DNA of 64,000 nt, from IMG/VR virus record IMGVR_UViG_2700989574_000004, positions 1 to 64,000 of that record. One strand, given 5' to 3'. Of this stretch, positions 17,286-27,318 are shown piece after piece. This DNA is from a virus. Taxonomy: Duplodnaviria > Caudoviricetes. Each line of letters begins with the position of its first letter. Within the stretch, counting starts at the first letter, position 1. The position numbers and the translations under genes are program-made. The notes under the pieces are model-generated. The model ran no database searches, was not told the DNA's origin, and saw nothing but the letters and a program-made list of their open reading frames with translations.

Positions 17286-17462
17286 GTGAAGCAAAGCGAG
17301 TTGAGGCGTTGGCTTGCAGCTCAAGGGGCAGAATTTAAAGATGGTACTAACCACTTGAAAATCTATCTCAACGGCAAGCAAACGGTAATGCCGAGACATC
17401 CGGGGAAGGAAATACCGGAACCGCTGAGGAAGGCAATTCTTAAGCAACTCGGTATCAAATAA
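17286..17462 (+). CDS. hicA: HicA toxin (mRNA interferase)
   Basis: MKQSELRRWL...GTNHLK...VMPRHP..EI.EPLRKAILKQLG; GTG start with GGAGGAGG RBS. Confidence 0.93.
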   Translation: MKQSELRRWLAAQGAEFKDGTNHLKIYLNGKQTVMPRHPGKEIPEPLRKAILKQLGIK

Positions 17463-17509
17463 AATCCAGCCCCTCGGGGCTGGTACTCGCGGAGGTTCAC
17501 TTAATCAAT

Positions 17510-17917
17510 ATGCGATACCCGGTAATTTTTGAGCATGACGAAACCGGCTGGGCGGTATTCTTTCCGGATATCCCAGAGGCAATGACGGGAGGAGAGACCA
17601 GGGAGGAAGCGTTAGAAATGGCGCAAGATGCCCTGGTGACGGCGTTTGATTTTTACTTTGACGACCGCCGGGAGATTCCCGCTCCATCAGCAGAAGGTGA
17701 TGCGTTTGTTGAGGTTCCGGCCAGCGTGGCAGCTAAAGTATTGCTGTTAAACCGTCTGGTCAGCACCAACACCAGCAATGCTGATCTCGCCCGCTTGATT
17801 AACACGCGCCCACAGGAAGTGCAGCGCATCGTGTCTCTTGGTCACAGTACCAAAATCGATACGATCCAAAAAGCGCTATCAGCGTTGGGGCAAAAGATGG
17901 AAATTGTCGTCCACTAA
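17510..17917 (+). CDS. hicB: HicB antitoxin with a C-terminal HTH
   Basis: YPV...FPDIPEAMTGGETREEALEMAQDAL...AAKVLLLN...TKIDTIQKAL. Confidence 0.93.
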   Translation: MRYPVIFEHDETGWAVFFPDIPEAMTGGETREEALEMAQDALVTAFDFYFDDRREIPAPSAEGDAFVEVPASVAAKVLLLNRLVSTNTSNADLARLINTRPQEVQRIVSLGHSTKIDTIQKALSALGQKMEIVVH

Positions 17918-17937
17918 TCTCTATATATCCTAATCAA

Positions 17938-17966
17938 AGGTCGCCGTACTGGCGGCCTTTTCATTT
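17938..17966 (+). terminator. Terminator after hicAB
   Basis: AGGTCGCC-GTACT-GGCGGCCT followed by a T-run. Confidence 0.7.
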
Positions 17967-18152
17967 ATGGATACGGCTTGTTGCTAAATCAGCTGAGTCC
18001 TTTATCCAAACCATCCTAATGTAATCCGGGGGGCTCTGAAAATGCCATTACCTCGATAACTGGTTATTTCTGATGGAGTTGCTGCATAGCTGGTGGCTTA
18101 GCGATACGCCTATGGTATTGACGTATAGAATCTTCCCATCATAAGGTATTGA

Positions 18153-18263
18153 TGTGGTGAATCCCCCTGTGCGGAGGGGCGACCAGTCAGTTACAGAAAC
18201 CTGTAAATGCAGCGCGGGCCATGCCGACTGGGGCATGCTCACCGGGAGGCACCCGGCACCACA
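18153..18263 (+). ncRNA. C4-like structured RNA (probably c4-2 type), copy 2
   Basis: Closing stem TGTGGTG/CACCACA; GGTGAAT; CCCC-CTGTGCG-GAGGGG hairpin; TCACCGGGAGGCACCCGGC identical to copy 1. Confidence 0.55.
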
Positions 18264-18424
18264 CTGCCACTAAACATTTTTAAGATTTATGGCAGGTTTA
18301 CTTTTGCGGTTGCCCTTCTATGTTTATAGAACGTAACGGCAAAAGTGAATGCTTCCTGGTAAATCGGTAGCTCGGACTATTAGGAGTTCCTTCGTTTCGT
18401 TACTACCTAGAATGCCTACTTTCT

Positions 18425-18448
18425 GCCCGCCTTCAGGCGGGCTTTTTT
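18425..18448 (+). terminator. Intrinsic terminator upstream of the holin leader
   Basis: GCCCGCCT-TC-AGGCGGGC followed by T6. Confidence 0.75.
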
Positions 18449-18627
18449 ACGCCATCAATAGGGCGCTTCAGAAAGAAAAGGTAAACATCATTTGAAGACT
18501 GCGCTTTGCGTGGCCTTTTTCATTTCAGGCTCACGGGAATCATCATCGATACGGCTCGTTGTTAAATCAGCCCGATGGGCCTGACCCCCTACACGCACAA
18601 AGCACCCCGTTAATCCGGAGGTGGAGT

Positions 18628-18843
18628 ATGTATCGAATGGACAAGCTAACAACAGGTATTGCCTACGGAACGTCCGCAGGTAACGCGGGGTTCTGGATGT
18701 TGCAATTGCTCGACAAAGTATCCCCATCCCAGTGGGCCGCTATTGGTGTTCTGGGAAGTCTGGTATTTGGCTTGCTGACATACCTGACGAATCTGTATTT
18801 CAAAATTAAAGAAGACCGGCGAAAAGCTGTGCGAGGTGAATAA
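18628..18843 (+). CDS. Pinholin (phage 21 S-like) with dual start Met1/Met4
   Basis: [18 protein letters not shown]...[15 protein letters not shown]...[15 protein letters not shown]; two hydrophobic segments. Confidence 0.92.
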   Translation: MYRMDKLTTGIAYGTSAGNAGFWMLQLLDKVSPSQWAAIGVLGSLVFGLLTYLTNLYFKIKEDRRKAVRGE

Positions 18844-18984
18844 TGTCTCCGACACTACGTAAAAGCGTTCTTGCTGCAGTCGGCGGTGGAGCCTTTGCGA
18901 TTGCCTCTGCACTCATTACTGGCCCGACGGGTAATGATGGGCTTGAGGGAGTGCGATACGACCCTTATCAGGATGTGGTAGGTG
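18843..18984 (+). pseudogene. SAR endolysin (phage 21 R-like), 5' fragment truncated by the Mu-like insertion
   Basis: [47 protein letters not shown], then TAG inside the element end; contains the SAR helix, E35 and D44. Confidence 0.92.
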
Positions 18985-19000
18985 TGTAGCGCGGCGTTTT

Positions 19001-19065
19001 TTTTTGCATGAAAATGAAATAAAAATTGCACTGCGGTAATGGTGGATTACGCACAGTGCAAAAAT
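19001..19065. repeat. Putative transposase-binding repeats (RTGCAAAAA-like) and hairpin at the tail-proximal end
   Basis: TTTTTGCAT at 19001-19009; TTGCACTG...CAGTGCAA inverted pair enclosing GTAAT/ATTAC; same motif as at the other end. Confidence 0.6.
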
Positions 19066-19092
19066 AAACGAAATAACATGACGTGGGTGGTA

Positions 19093-19770
19093 TCAGTTAC
19101 CGTATTGCGCCCGGAAATACGCTTTAATCGCCGCAATCTCTGCCGGTGTTTTCACCGAGTCGAAAATCATCACTTCCGAGTAATTGACGTTGTTGGCCGC
19201 CGTTGCCGCTAGGCTCAGTGGTGCATTCTGATATGTAATGGCCGATGCACCGGTTACAGTCGCTGTGGCATCGTTAACATAGATGGTCTCAATGTCAGTA
19301 ACCGGATCGTAATTCACGATAATCAGGTCAATGCCGGATGATAGTGCTACACCACCCCGCTGCGTTGATTCCCCCGTTTTGTAGTAATACAACTTGTTAT
19401 CCGTCTGCGCCTGAAGTCGCAGGTGGGGACCGCCGGGCAGGAACGTTGCCTGGGTTGTGTTATCGCGTTTAAATGCAAAAGCGTAGCAGTAGCCGTTTGT
19501 CGCATTGGCTGGAAACACATTTCCTGATGTTACACCACCATTCGCCGACAGGGCGCTCTTCATTGTTTTAATGCCATTCAGCGTAGACTCTGAAATAGCG
19601 GACCCTAGCGTGATAGCCATATCACCTGCACGGTCGACCAGTGTTGATACCCGCCAGTCGAAGTAATGCGACGGGTCAAAGCGACACGTTGTGTCATCGC
19701 GCTCTGAATAGGTGGAAGCTATACCGCTGTTAACAGCCACAGGAATTTGCAGGAAAGTGGTTTTAGCCAT
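19093..19770 (-). CDS. Tail-fibre-associated protein, probable beta-sandwich (ConA/LamG-like)
   Basis: Last gene of the tail operon; IYVND and YSEVMIFDSVKTPAEIAAIKAYFRAQY resemble LamG-like C-termini. Confidence 0.5.
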   Translation of the reverse strand: MAKTTFLQIPVAVNSGIASTYSERDDTTCRFDPSHYFDWRVSTLVDRAGDMAITLGSAISESTLNGIKTMKSALSANGGVTSGNVFPANATNGYCYAFAFKRDNTTQATFLPGGPHLRLQAQTDNKLYYYKTGESTQRGGVALSSGIDLIIVNYDPVTDIETIYVNDATATVTGASAITYQNAPLSLAATAANNVNYSEVMIFDSVKTPAEIAAIKAYFRAQYGN

Positions 19771-19780
19771 TTTAGTTACC

Positions 19781-21781
19781 TTATTTTCTGAGAGATTGTA
19801 CGGCGTAGTTCAGCAGGGCACGTTTTGCCTGGTAAGCGCCTATAATTCTGGCTCCCCGTGCGTTGGGGTGCGGGTCTGCCGGGTTGGTAGTGGAGAACGC
19901 GTAGCCATTCTGGAATGCAAAGTTTGAGTTTCGTATCAGGTCGCGAACATTAAATCCGAGCATTCCGTATTTAGTCTGGATAGCGTCATAAACCGCATCG
20001 CGTTTAATGTGATTGTCGCTGTACCAGCGTTCCAGAAAAACGGGCGCCCCCGGCAGCGCATCCTGTACCCGCTCCACAATGGCGCTGTAACCGGCCATAA
20101 AATCTGTATCTGACAGCGCGTAATCATTCTCGCCGAGATTGATAAACACCAGGTCAGCCGCAAAATACTGCATCCAGTATTTCTGGTACGAGGCCGTCTG
20201 ATTCAGGTGATATGCCGCTGTTGCGCCTCCTCGTGCGTAACGAATGACGCGAACTCCGCCAGCAGAGTTAATGCAGTTGAAGCTAATCAGCGCAGGGTAC
20301 CCTGACTGATTTACCCCGGAAGCTGGCGGTTCAATCTCAAGTGAAAATCGTCCCGTTGATGGGCCAAGCCCTTCAACGCGCACTATCTGGATTTCTTCTG
20401 AGCCCTCCGGCTGGTTTGTGATGGTCGCAGTCTGCCACTCCCCGGAACCCGCTGGCCCTGTGGTGCCATCATCATTCCGGTCTGTTGCACGAAAACGAAA
20501 CTGACTGGAGGTTCCGGCTGCGCCGGTGCCGGTGAATCCGACCTCGACAACATCGTGTTGATAAATAGGGTTGCCGCGCGACGCATCTTTTACCCGGAAA
20601 AACAGATTAGTGCGGCCTGACCACGGAACTAACGCGAAACTCAATGGCGCGCATTTTTTGCCGTATGGCTGATTATCCACCCATCCGCTATAGACCCGCT
20701 CCATGTTCAGCAGGTCGCGGGAGGCTGTATTGTCGTTTGAGGGGGCGAAGTAGCCGATACCGCCATGACCTAGCCGCGCCGCAAACTGGCTGTACATGGC
20801 ATCAATAGCTCCTAATCCTCCAGTTCCGCCAGTCAGTGAATCCCCCGGCCCGCACAGAATAACCAGATACCCACCGGTGTTCGCCCGCGCCTGCATGGCA
20901 ATCAAATAATCAAGCATCCCGACTTCCGGCAGTTCAGAAGTGGTCTGATTGCTGCCGGAACCCATTGTCAGCAGTTGATTATCTGAGCCCAGGATCACAA
21001 ACGGAGAAGGCGCGTATCCACGTAAAATAGAGACGCCAGCATCCTGAAGGGTGTCTGTTGTTAAAAATGACAGCATCTGATTATCCGGCCCCAGCAGATA
21101 CAGAGGTTTATCGCCGTATCCGAATTTAATATCCGAGCCAGCCTCTGCCATTCTGTCTCGACCAAAATCCAGTTTCTGGAAATCTTTACCGACAATTTCA
21201 AACTCGTCGTTACCATAGCCCCGAAAAAATTTTACACCACCCAACGTCCAGTTTGATGGCATAGAACGTCCGGTGGGCTCTAAAACCCCTGCATTATTTA
21301 TATATTCATCGGACAGTGTAAAATTAGATGGATTCGTTATCCATAATCGAGCCTGGTTGAGAATAGTTTTTGCCGCTACATTTTTATCTGCCGCGTCTAT
21401 TGTTGCGAATTCTCGGGTTGTTCCTGTTATTGCTCCCTGACCAGGCATCATCGCTGAGATAATCGCAACACCCGCTTTATTCAGGTAATAGGTAAATGAG
21501 GTTAAATCATCCGGCCCATCAGCAACACGAAAAATTTTCCCGTCAGGAGTATTAGCCAGTCCTGATATCGTCCCATCAGGATCCGATTCTGTTTTGTAAA
21601 ATGTATACTCACGGTAATCACTGGCTGATTCTATCTGGTCTTTGAGCCAACGAGTCCTGTTAGCCAGTTGTTCAGCCTGAATATTATCAGGACCGCCCCG
21701 ACCACCCAGCACAGGAGTATCCTTCTCAAGTTGATAAATATCATCAACCCATGTTGCTTGCTCAGGTAATTTACTGGTCAT
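19781..21781 (-). CDS. Tail fibre/spike with an SGNH (GDSL-like) esterase domain
   Basis: N-terminal fibre anchor WVDDIYQLE...PVLGG...QAEQLANRTRWLK; SGNH blocks GDSLT, GGAT, NLGEND, DPHPN. Confidence 0.8.
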   Translation of the reverse strand: MTSKLPEQATWVDDIYQLEKDTPVLGGRGGPDNIQAEQLANRTRWLKDQIESASDYREYTFYKTESDPDGTISGLANTPDGKIFRVADGPDDLTSFTYYLNKAGVAIISAMMPGQGAITGTTREFATIDAADKNVAAKTILNQARLWITNPSNFTLSDEYINNAGVLEPTGRSMPSNWTLGGVKFFRGYGNDEFEIVGKDFQKLDFGRDRMAEAGSDIKFGYGDKPLYLLGPDNQMLSFLTTDTLQDAGVSILRGYAPSPFVILGSDNQLLTMGSGSNQTTSELPEVGMLDYLIAMQARANTGGYLVILCGPGDSLTGGTGGLGAIDAMYSQFAARLGHGGIGYFAPSNDNTASRDLLNMERVYSGWVDNQPYGKKCAPLSFALVPWSGRTNLFFRVKDASRGNPIYQHDVVEVGFTGTGAAGTSSQFRFRATDRNDDGTTGPAGSGEWQTATITNQPEGSEEIQIVRVEGLGPSTGRFSLEIEPPASGVNQSGYPALISFNCINSAGGVRVIRYARGGATAAYHLNQTASYQKYWMQYFAADLVFINLGENDYALSDTDFMAGYSAIVERVQDALPGAPVFLERWYSDNHIKRDAVYDAIQTKYGMLGFNVRDLIRNSNFAFQNGYAFSTTNPADPHPNARGARIIGAYQAKRALLNYAVQSLRK

Positions 21782-21784
21782 TTT

Positions 21785-22578
21785 CTAACCTCTATAAGTA
21801 TATCTGCCGTTGTGTCTAATAGAACCGTTGTGTGTGATGCCGTTTAGTCTGTCGAACAAAACAATGCGCCCAAGTCGCCCCAGAAACTCATCATTGGATT
21901 TCTTACCGTCATACAAAATATTAGCTGTTGTTTCCAGCCCACTGATTTCTGTCTCAGTGTTTATTAATGTGAGTGTAGCAATGGGGTCTAATGACACTCT
22001 GTAAATTTCGACTAAAACAGGACGATTATTTTCAGCTAAATTAATGCCTTCATAACGTAAAGAAAACTCTTCGGTTATGTTTTCAGCCAACGATAAAACC
22101 GTATTACCTGGGTGTTGGTAATCAACAATGACGGGTTGTTTTTCGGGAGTCGAAAGAAAGGTTATCGCCCCCCACAACCTGTCAACAACATAATCATCAC
22201 CATTGACCATGTCTTCTATAGAAACACCCCACACATTTGGATTTCGTAGCGTAATTCTGTCTCCGGCTTCGATTCCTTCAGGTAATATGTCCTGTGCATA
22301 CACGTCTGGTATCTGGGATGTATTCTTTGCTTCAAGAAGAACTTTTAAGTTTTCCACTGAAAATTCATGCCAGGTTGATGTTATTTTCCCTTCCAGCGCG
22401 GTGATATAACGCTGAGAGTTAACCAGTCGTCCACCGACCGACGCGCGGGATTTTTTCTCTTCAAACTCCAGTTCAATATTCAGCGCCGAAACATCACCAA
22501 CCCAACGCCAGGACAAAGCCTGACCCGCCGAATTTCGGCGAGCCAGGTATAATTTCCCTTGTCCGTAGTAGTAGTCAC

Positions 22579-22582
<4 letters not shown>
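21785..22582 (-). CDS. Tail-tube protein paralogue with a C-terminal HNG-repeat extension
   Basis: Shares YYYGQGK, RWxGDV, LRYEGINLAEN, LINTxT and GLETTA with 31702-32445. Confidence 0.75.
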
Positions 22583-24865
<2,283 letters not shown>

Positions 24866-24879
<14 letters not shown>

Positions 24880-25075
24880 GGCCTCCGCTTAAACGGCTCT
24901 CAGCCAGTCGAACAATGCTGATGGCCAGCGCATCACCAGTGGCCAGCAGCTTTTCGGCCTCAATGCCGCCATCACGAATGAAGGCTTTTAAATCGAGGTT
25001 ATAACGGGCAAAAAAGGCACGTAATCCGGGAGCGCAGCCGCCACCGGCGCGGATATCTTCCATCGTGATTAACAT
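24866..25075 (-). CDS. Small tail assembly protein
   Basis: MLITMEDIRAGGGCAPGLRAFFARYNLD...LLATGDALA; GAGG RBS. Confidence 0.7.
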
Positions 25076-25085
25076 GACTTCCTCC

Positions 25086-25319
25086 TTATTTCCGGATCGC
25101 TTCATAGCGATAGTTGCCATACGCCAGCACGAACCAGTCTTCAGACCAGCAATCTCCAAAAAAGACACACTGTGGCGTGCCCTCATCCGGTTGCGGCATA
25201 TTCCAGTCATCTTCCGTGGCCGCTTCCGGCGTCGTGCTTTTTTGTTTCGGTGCCAGCGCTGCGTTTAGCACGTAAGACGCAACGATCACGGCGACAAATT
25301 TCGCTACAGCCCACCACAT
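25086..25319 (-). CDS. Small tail protein
   Basis: P.PDEGTPQCVFFGDCW...VLAYGN motif typical of the gene preceding the tip protein. Confidence 0.7.
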   Translation of the reverse strand: MWWAVAKFVAVIVASYVLNAALAPKQKSTTPEAATEDDWNMPQPDEGTPQCVFFGDCWSEDWFVLAYGNYRYEAIRK

Positions 25320-25328
25320 GGCATTACC

Positions 25329-26159
25329 TCAGAATAATTTGATGATTTGATAAGGTGACTTGCCCGGCATATGAGGCTGGCCACCGTAGTTGAGAACGTT
25401 GTTGAATTTGGTGTTACAGGTCGAGATTGTGCGGTCACAGCCCGGATACAGGGTGACTGTCTGCCCGGTTTCCAGGCCCACAGAACCGCCGAACAGACCA
25501 AGCGTGCTCCCGTTCTGGGCCCGGAGTCCTCGCCGCTCGGTCACGCCATCGGAGATCCACTCCACGTAGCCGCCTGAGAACCAGTCGCCGGGCAACCCCT
25601 CCGGCATGTTGACGGTGATGCTGGCTCCGTCCAGTGAAGTGATAACCAGTCCGGCAATACCGAACTGTTGAGGAGAAATGCCGCAGTTATGGTCGTACAG
25701 CGAATACGGGCAGGCCCGGCCCCACGTCAGACGCAGGCCACTGCGGGTGAAGGTGCTGGCCAGGCTGGCGGTCAGTAACCGGCAGCGGTCTGTTGCTTCG
25801 CGCTTCATCTCGGTAATGGTGCCGATCCACTCCGTCCTGAACTCCTGCTGCACGTCATCTATATGAAAGCGATGTATACGGATACGAACAGGGCTGGACG
25901 GCGGAATGTTTCTGAAGAGGGCCGCAACCGGGTTTGATGCAGGTACGGTCACGTCGAGGCTGTCCCCAGCCCCCACGCTCAGACCGCTGTCGCTGATGGC
26001 CTGGCACTGCCAGAGTACAGGCTGTTGAGTCGCGTCTGTGGTGGTAATATCCCGATCCGCATTGGTATAGCGATAAAACCTCGTTTCACCGCGCGAGAAC
26101 TCATACAGCGTAACCGGGCGGCCGTCGGCAGTAGAATACTCAAACTGATTCCAGCTCAT
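25329..26159 (-). CDS. DUF2163 / BR0599-family tail protein
   Basis: CPYSLYDHNC and LYPGCDRTISTCNTKFNNVLNYGGQP. Confidence 0.85.
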   Translation of the reverse strand: MSWNQFEYSTADGRPVTLYEFSRGETRFYRYTNADRDITTTDATQQPVLWQCQAISDSGLSVGAGDSLDVTVPASNPVAALFRNIPPSSPVRIRIHRFHIDDVQQEFRTEWIGTITEMKREATDRCRLLTASLASTFTRSGLRLTWGRACPYSLYDHNCGISPQQFGIAGLVITSLDGASITVNMPEGLPGDWFSGGYVEWISDGVTERRGLRAQNGSTLGLFGGSVGLETGQTVTLYPGCDRTISTCNTKFNNVLNYGGQPHMPGKSPYQIIKLF

Positions 26160-27318
26160 CGCGTATCCCTCTGAATGTTGTTGAAATCTGAGCAAAACCA
26201 TCGGCATCGGTGGCATGTTCCCATGTGATATCGTCCGTGTTCTGACGGCAGAGCGTCATAAAGGAAACGGCCGCAATCTCTCCGATATCCGGGGTCTCAC
26301 CGTCGAGAAAAAGGGTTTCGTGGTTTTCCTGGCGGATCGCCGACACAATCCGGCGGTAAACGTCTGAACCGTCCTGACACCGGATACGCAGATCCCGACG
26401 CCCGGAAACCACCCCATATTCACTGAAACCGGCAACCTCAACATCCAGGGCATTGCCGCTGGCTGCCTGGGGGATGAAGTCCCGCGCCTGACTGGATACC
26501 CAGACAGCACGTTGACGGCCGCGCAGCCAGTACAGCAATTCGCGCAAGCGGGTCTGTGTCTCGCGGTTTGCTCGCGACCATACATGCTGCTGCATGATGA
26601 ATGCTCGTCCCGCCGTATCGATACGGGCAGGAATGCCGTATTCATTATCCAGTTCCAGCATGAGGCGCTGGTATTCGGCCGTCAGGTCATCCACCCAGTC
26701 GGCGTCGTCGGCCAGTACAGGATGACCGCGATAGAGGGTAGAACCGGAAACGGCGGTAAAGGGGTTATGCGCTGACAGCTGGCACCGCATTTGTACGCGC
26801 ATTACACTGTCTGTATGTCGGGTGATCGCCGGTACATCGGTAAAAAAGGCGGGCCGGAGAGGGTAAATCAGCGTGCCTGATGGCCACGCAGCTACGGGTT
26901 GACTGACAGTCACGCCATCGGATTCAACAGACTGAACGGGCACAATCTCGGTACTGGCCATCATGCCGAAGCCGGATTTGAGCATCAGATTATCGCCCAC
27001 AATGAAATCCCGCCCGGCCGTGGCCAGCGGGATAAACTGACTTCCGGCCGCAACCGGTGATAACAGCTCGGCCACATCAGGGAATACCGGCATATCCCAG
27101 ATTGTACCACCGGCATGAAAAAGCTGGGTTTCCAGCGCACGCGCATCAGCATCACCCGCCAGCACCGTGAACTCGTACTGGCGACGCGGTGACAGACGGC
27201 GGGCAATCCGCTGTTCGGCCCCGCTCGGCGAAATCAGCACATCGGTCTTCCAGGACAGGGTTTCGGTGATACCGTCCGTCCAGTCTGGCTCCATCATAAA
27301 GGGGAGACGTTCGGCCAT
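26140..27318 (-). CDS. Distal tail protein
   Basis: PDWTDGITETLSWKTDVL.S.SGAEQRIARRLSPRR; follows the tape measure gene. Confidence 0.75.
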   Translation of the reverse strand: MAERLPFMMEPDWTDGITETLSWKTDVLISPSGAEQRIARRLSPRRQYEFTVLAGDADARALETQLFHAGGTIWDMPVFPDVAELLSPVAAGSQFIPLATAGRDFIVGDNLMLKSGFGMMASTEIVPVQSVESDGVTVSQPVAAWPSGTLIYPLRPAFFTDVPAITRHTDSVMRVQMRCQLSAHNPFTAVSGSTLYRGHPVLADDADWVDDLTAEYQRLMLELDNEYGIPARIDTAGRAFIMQQHVWSRANRETQTRLRELLYWLRGRQRAVWVSSQARDFIPQAASGNALDVEVAGFSEYGVVSGRRDLRIRCQDGSDVYRRIVSAIRQENHETLFLDGETPDIGEIAAVSFMTLCRQNTDDITWEHATDADGFAQISTTFRGIRDELESV

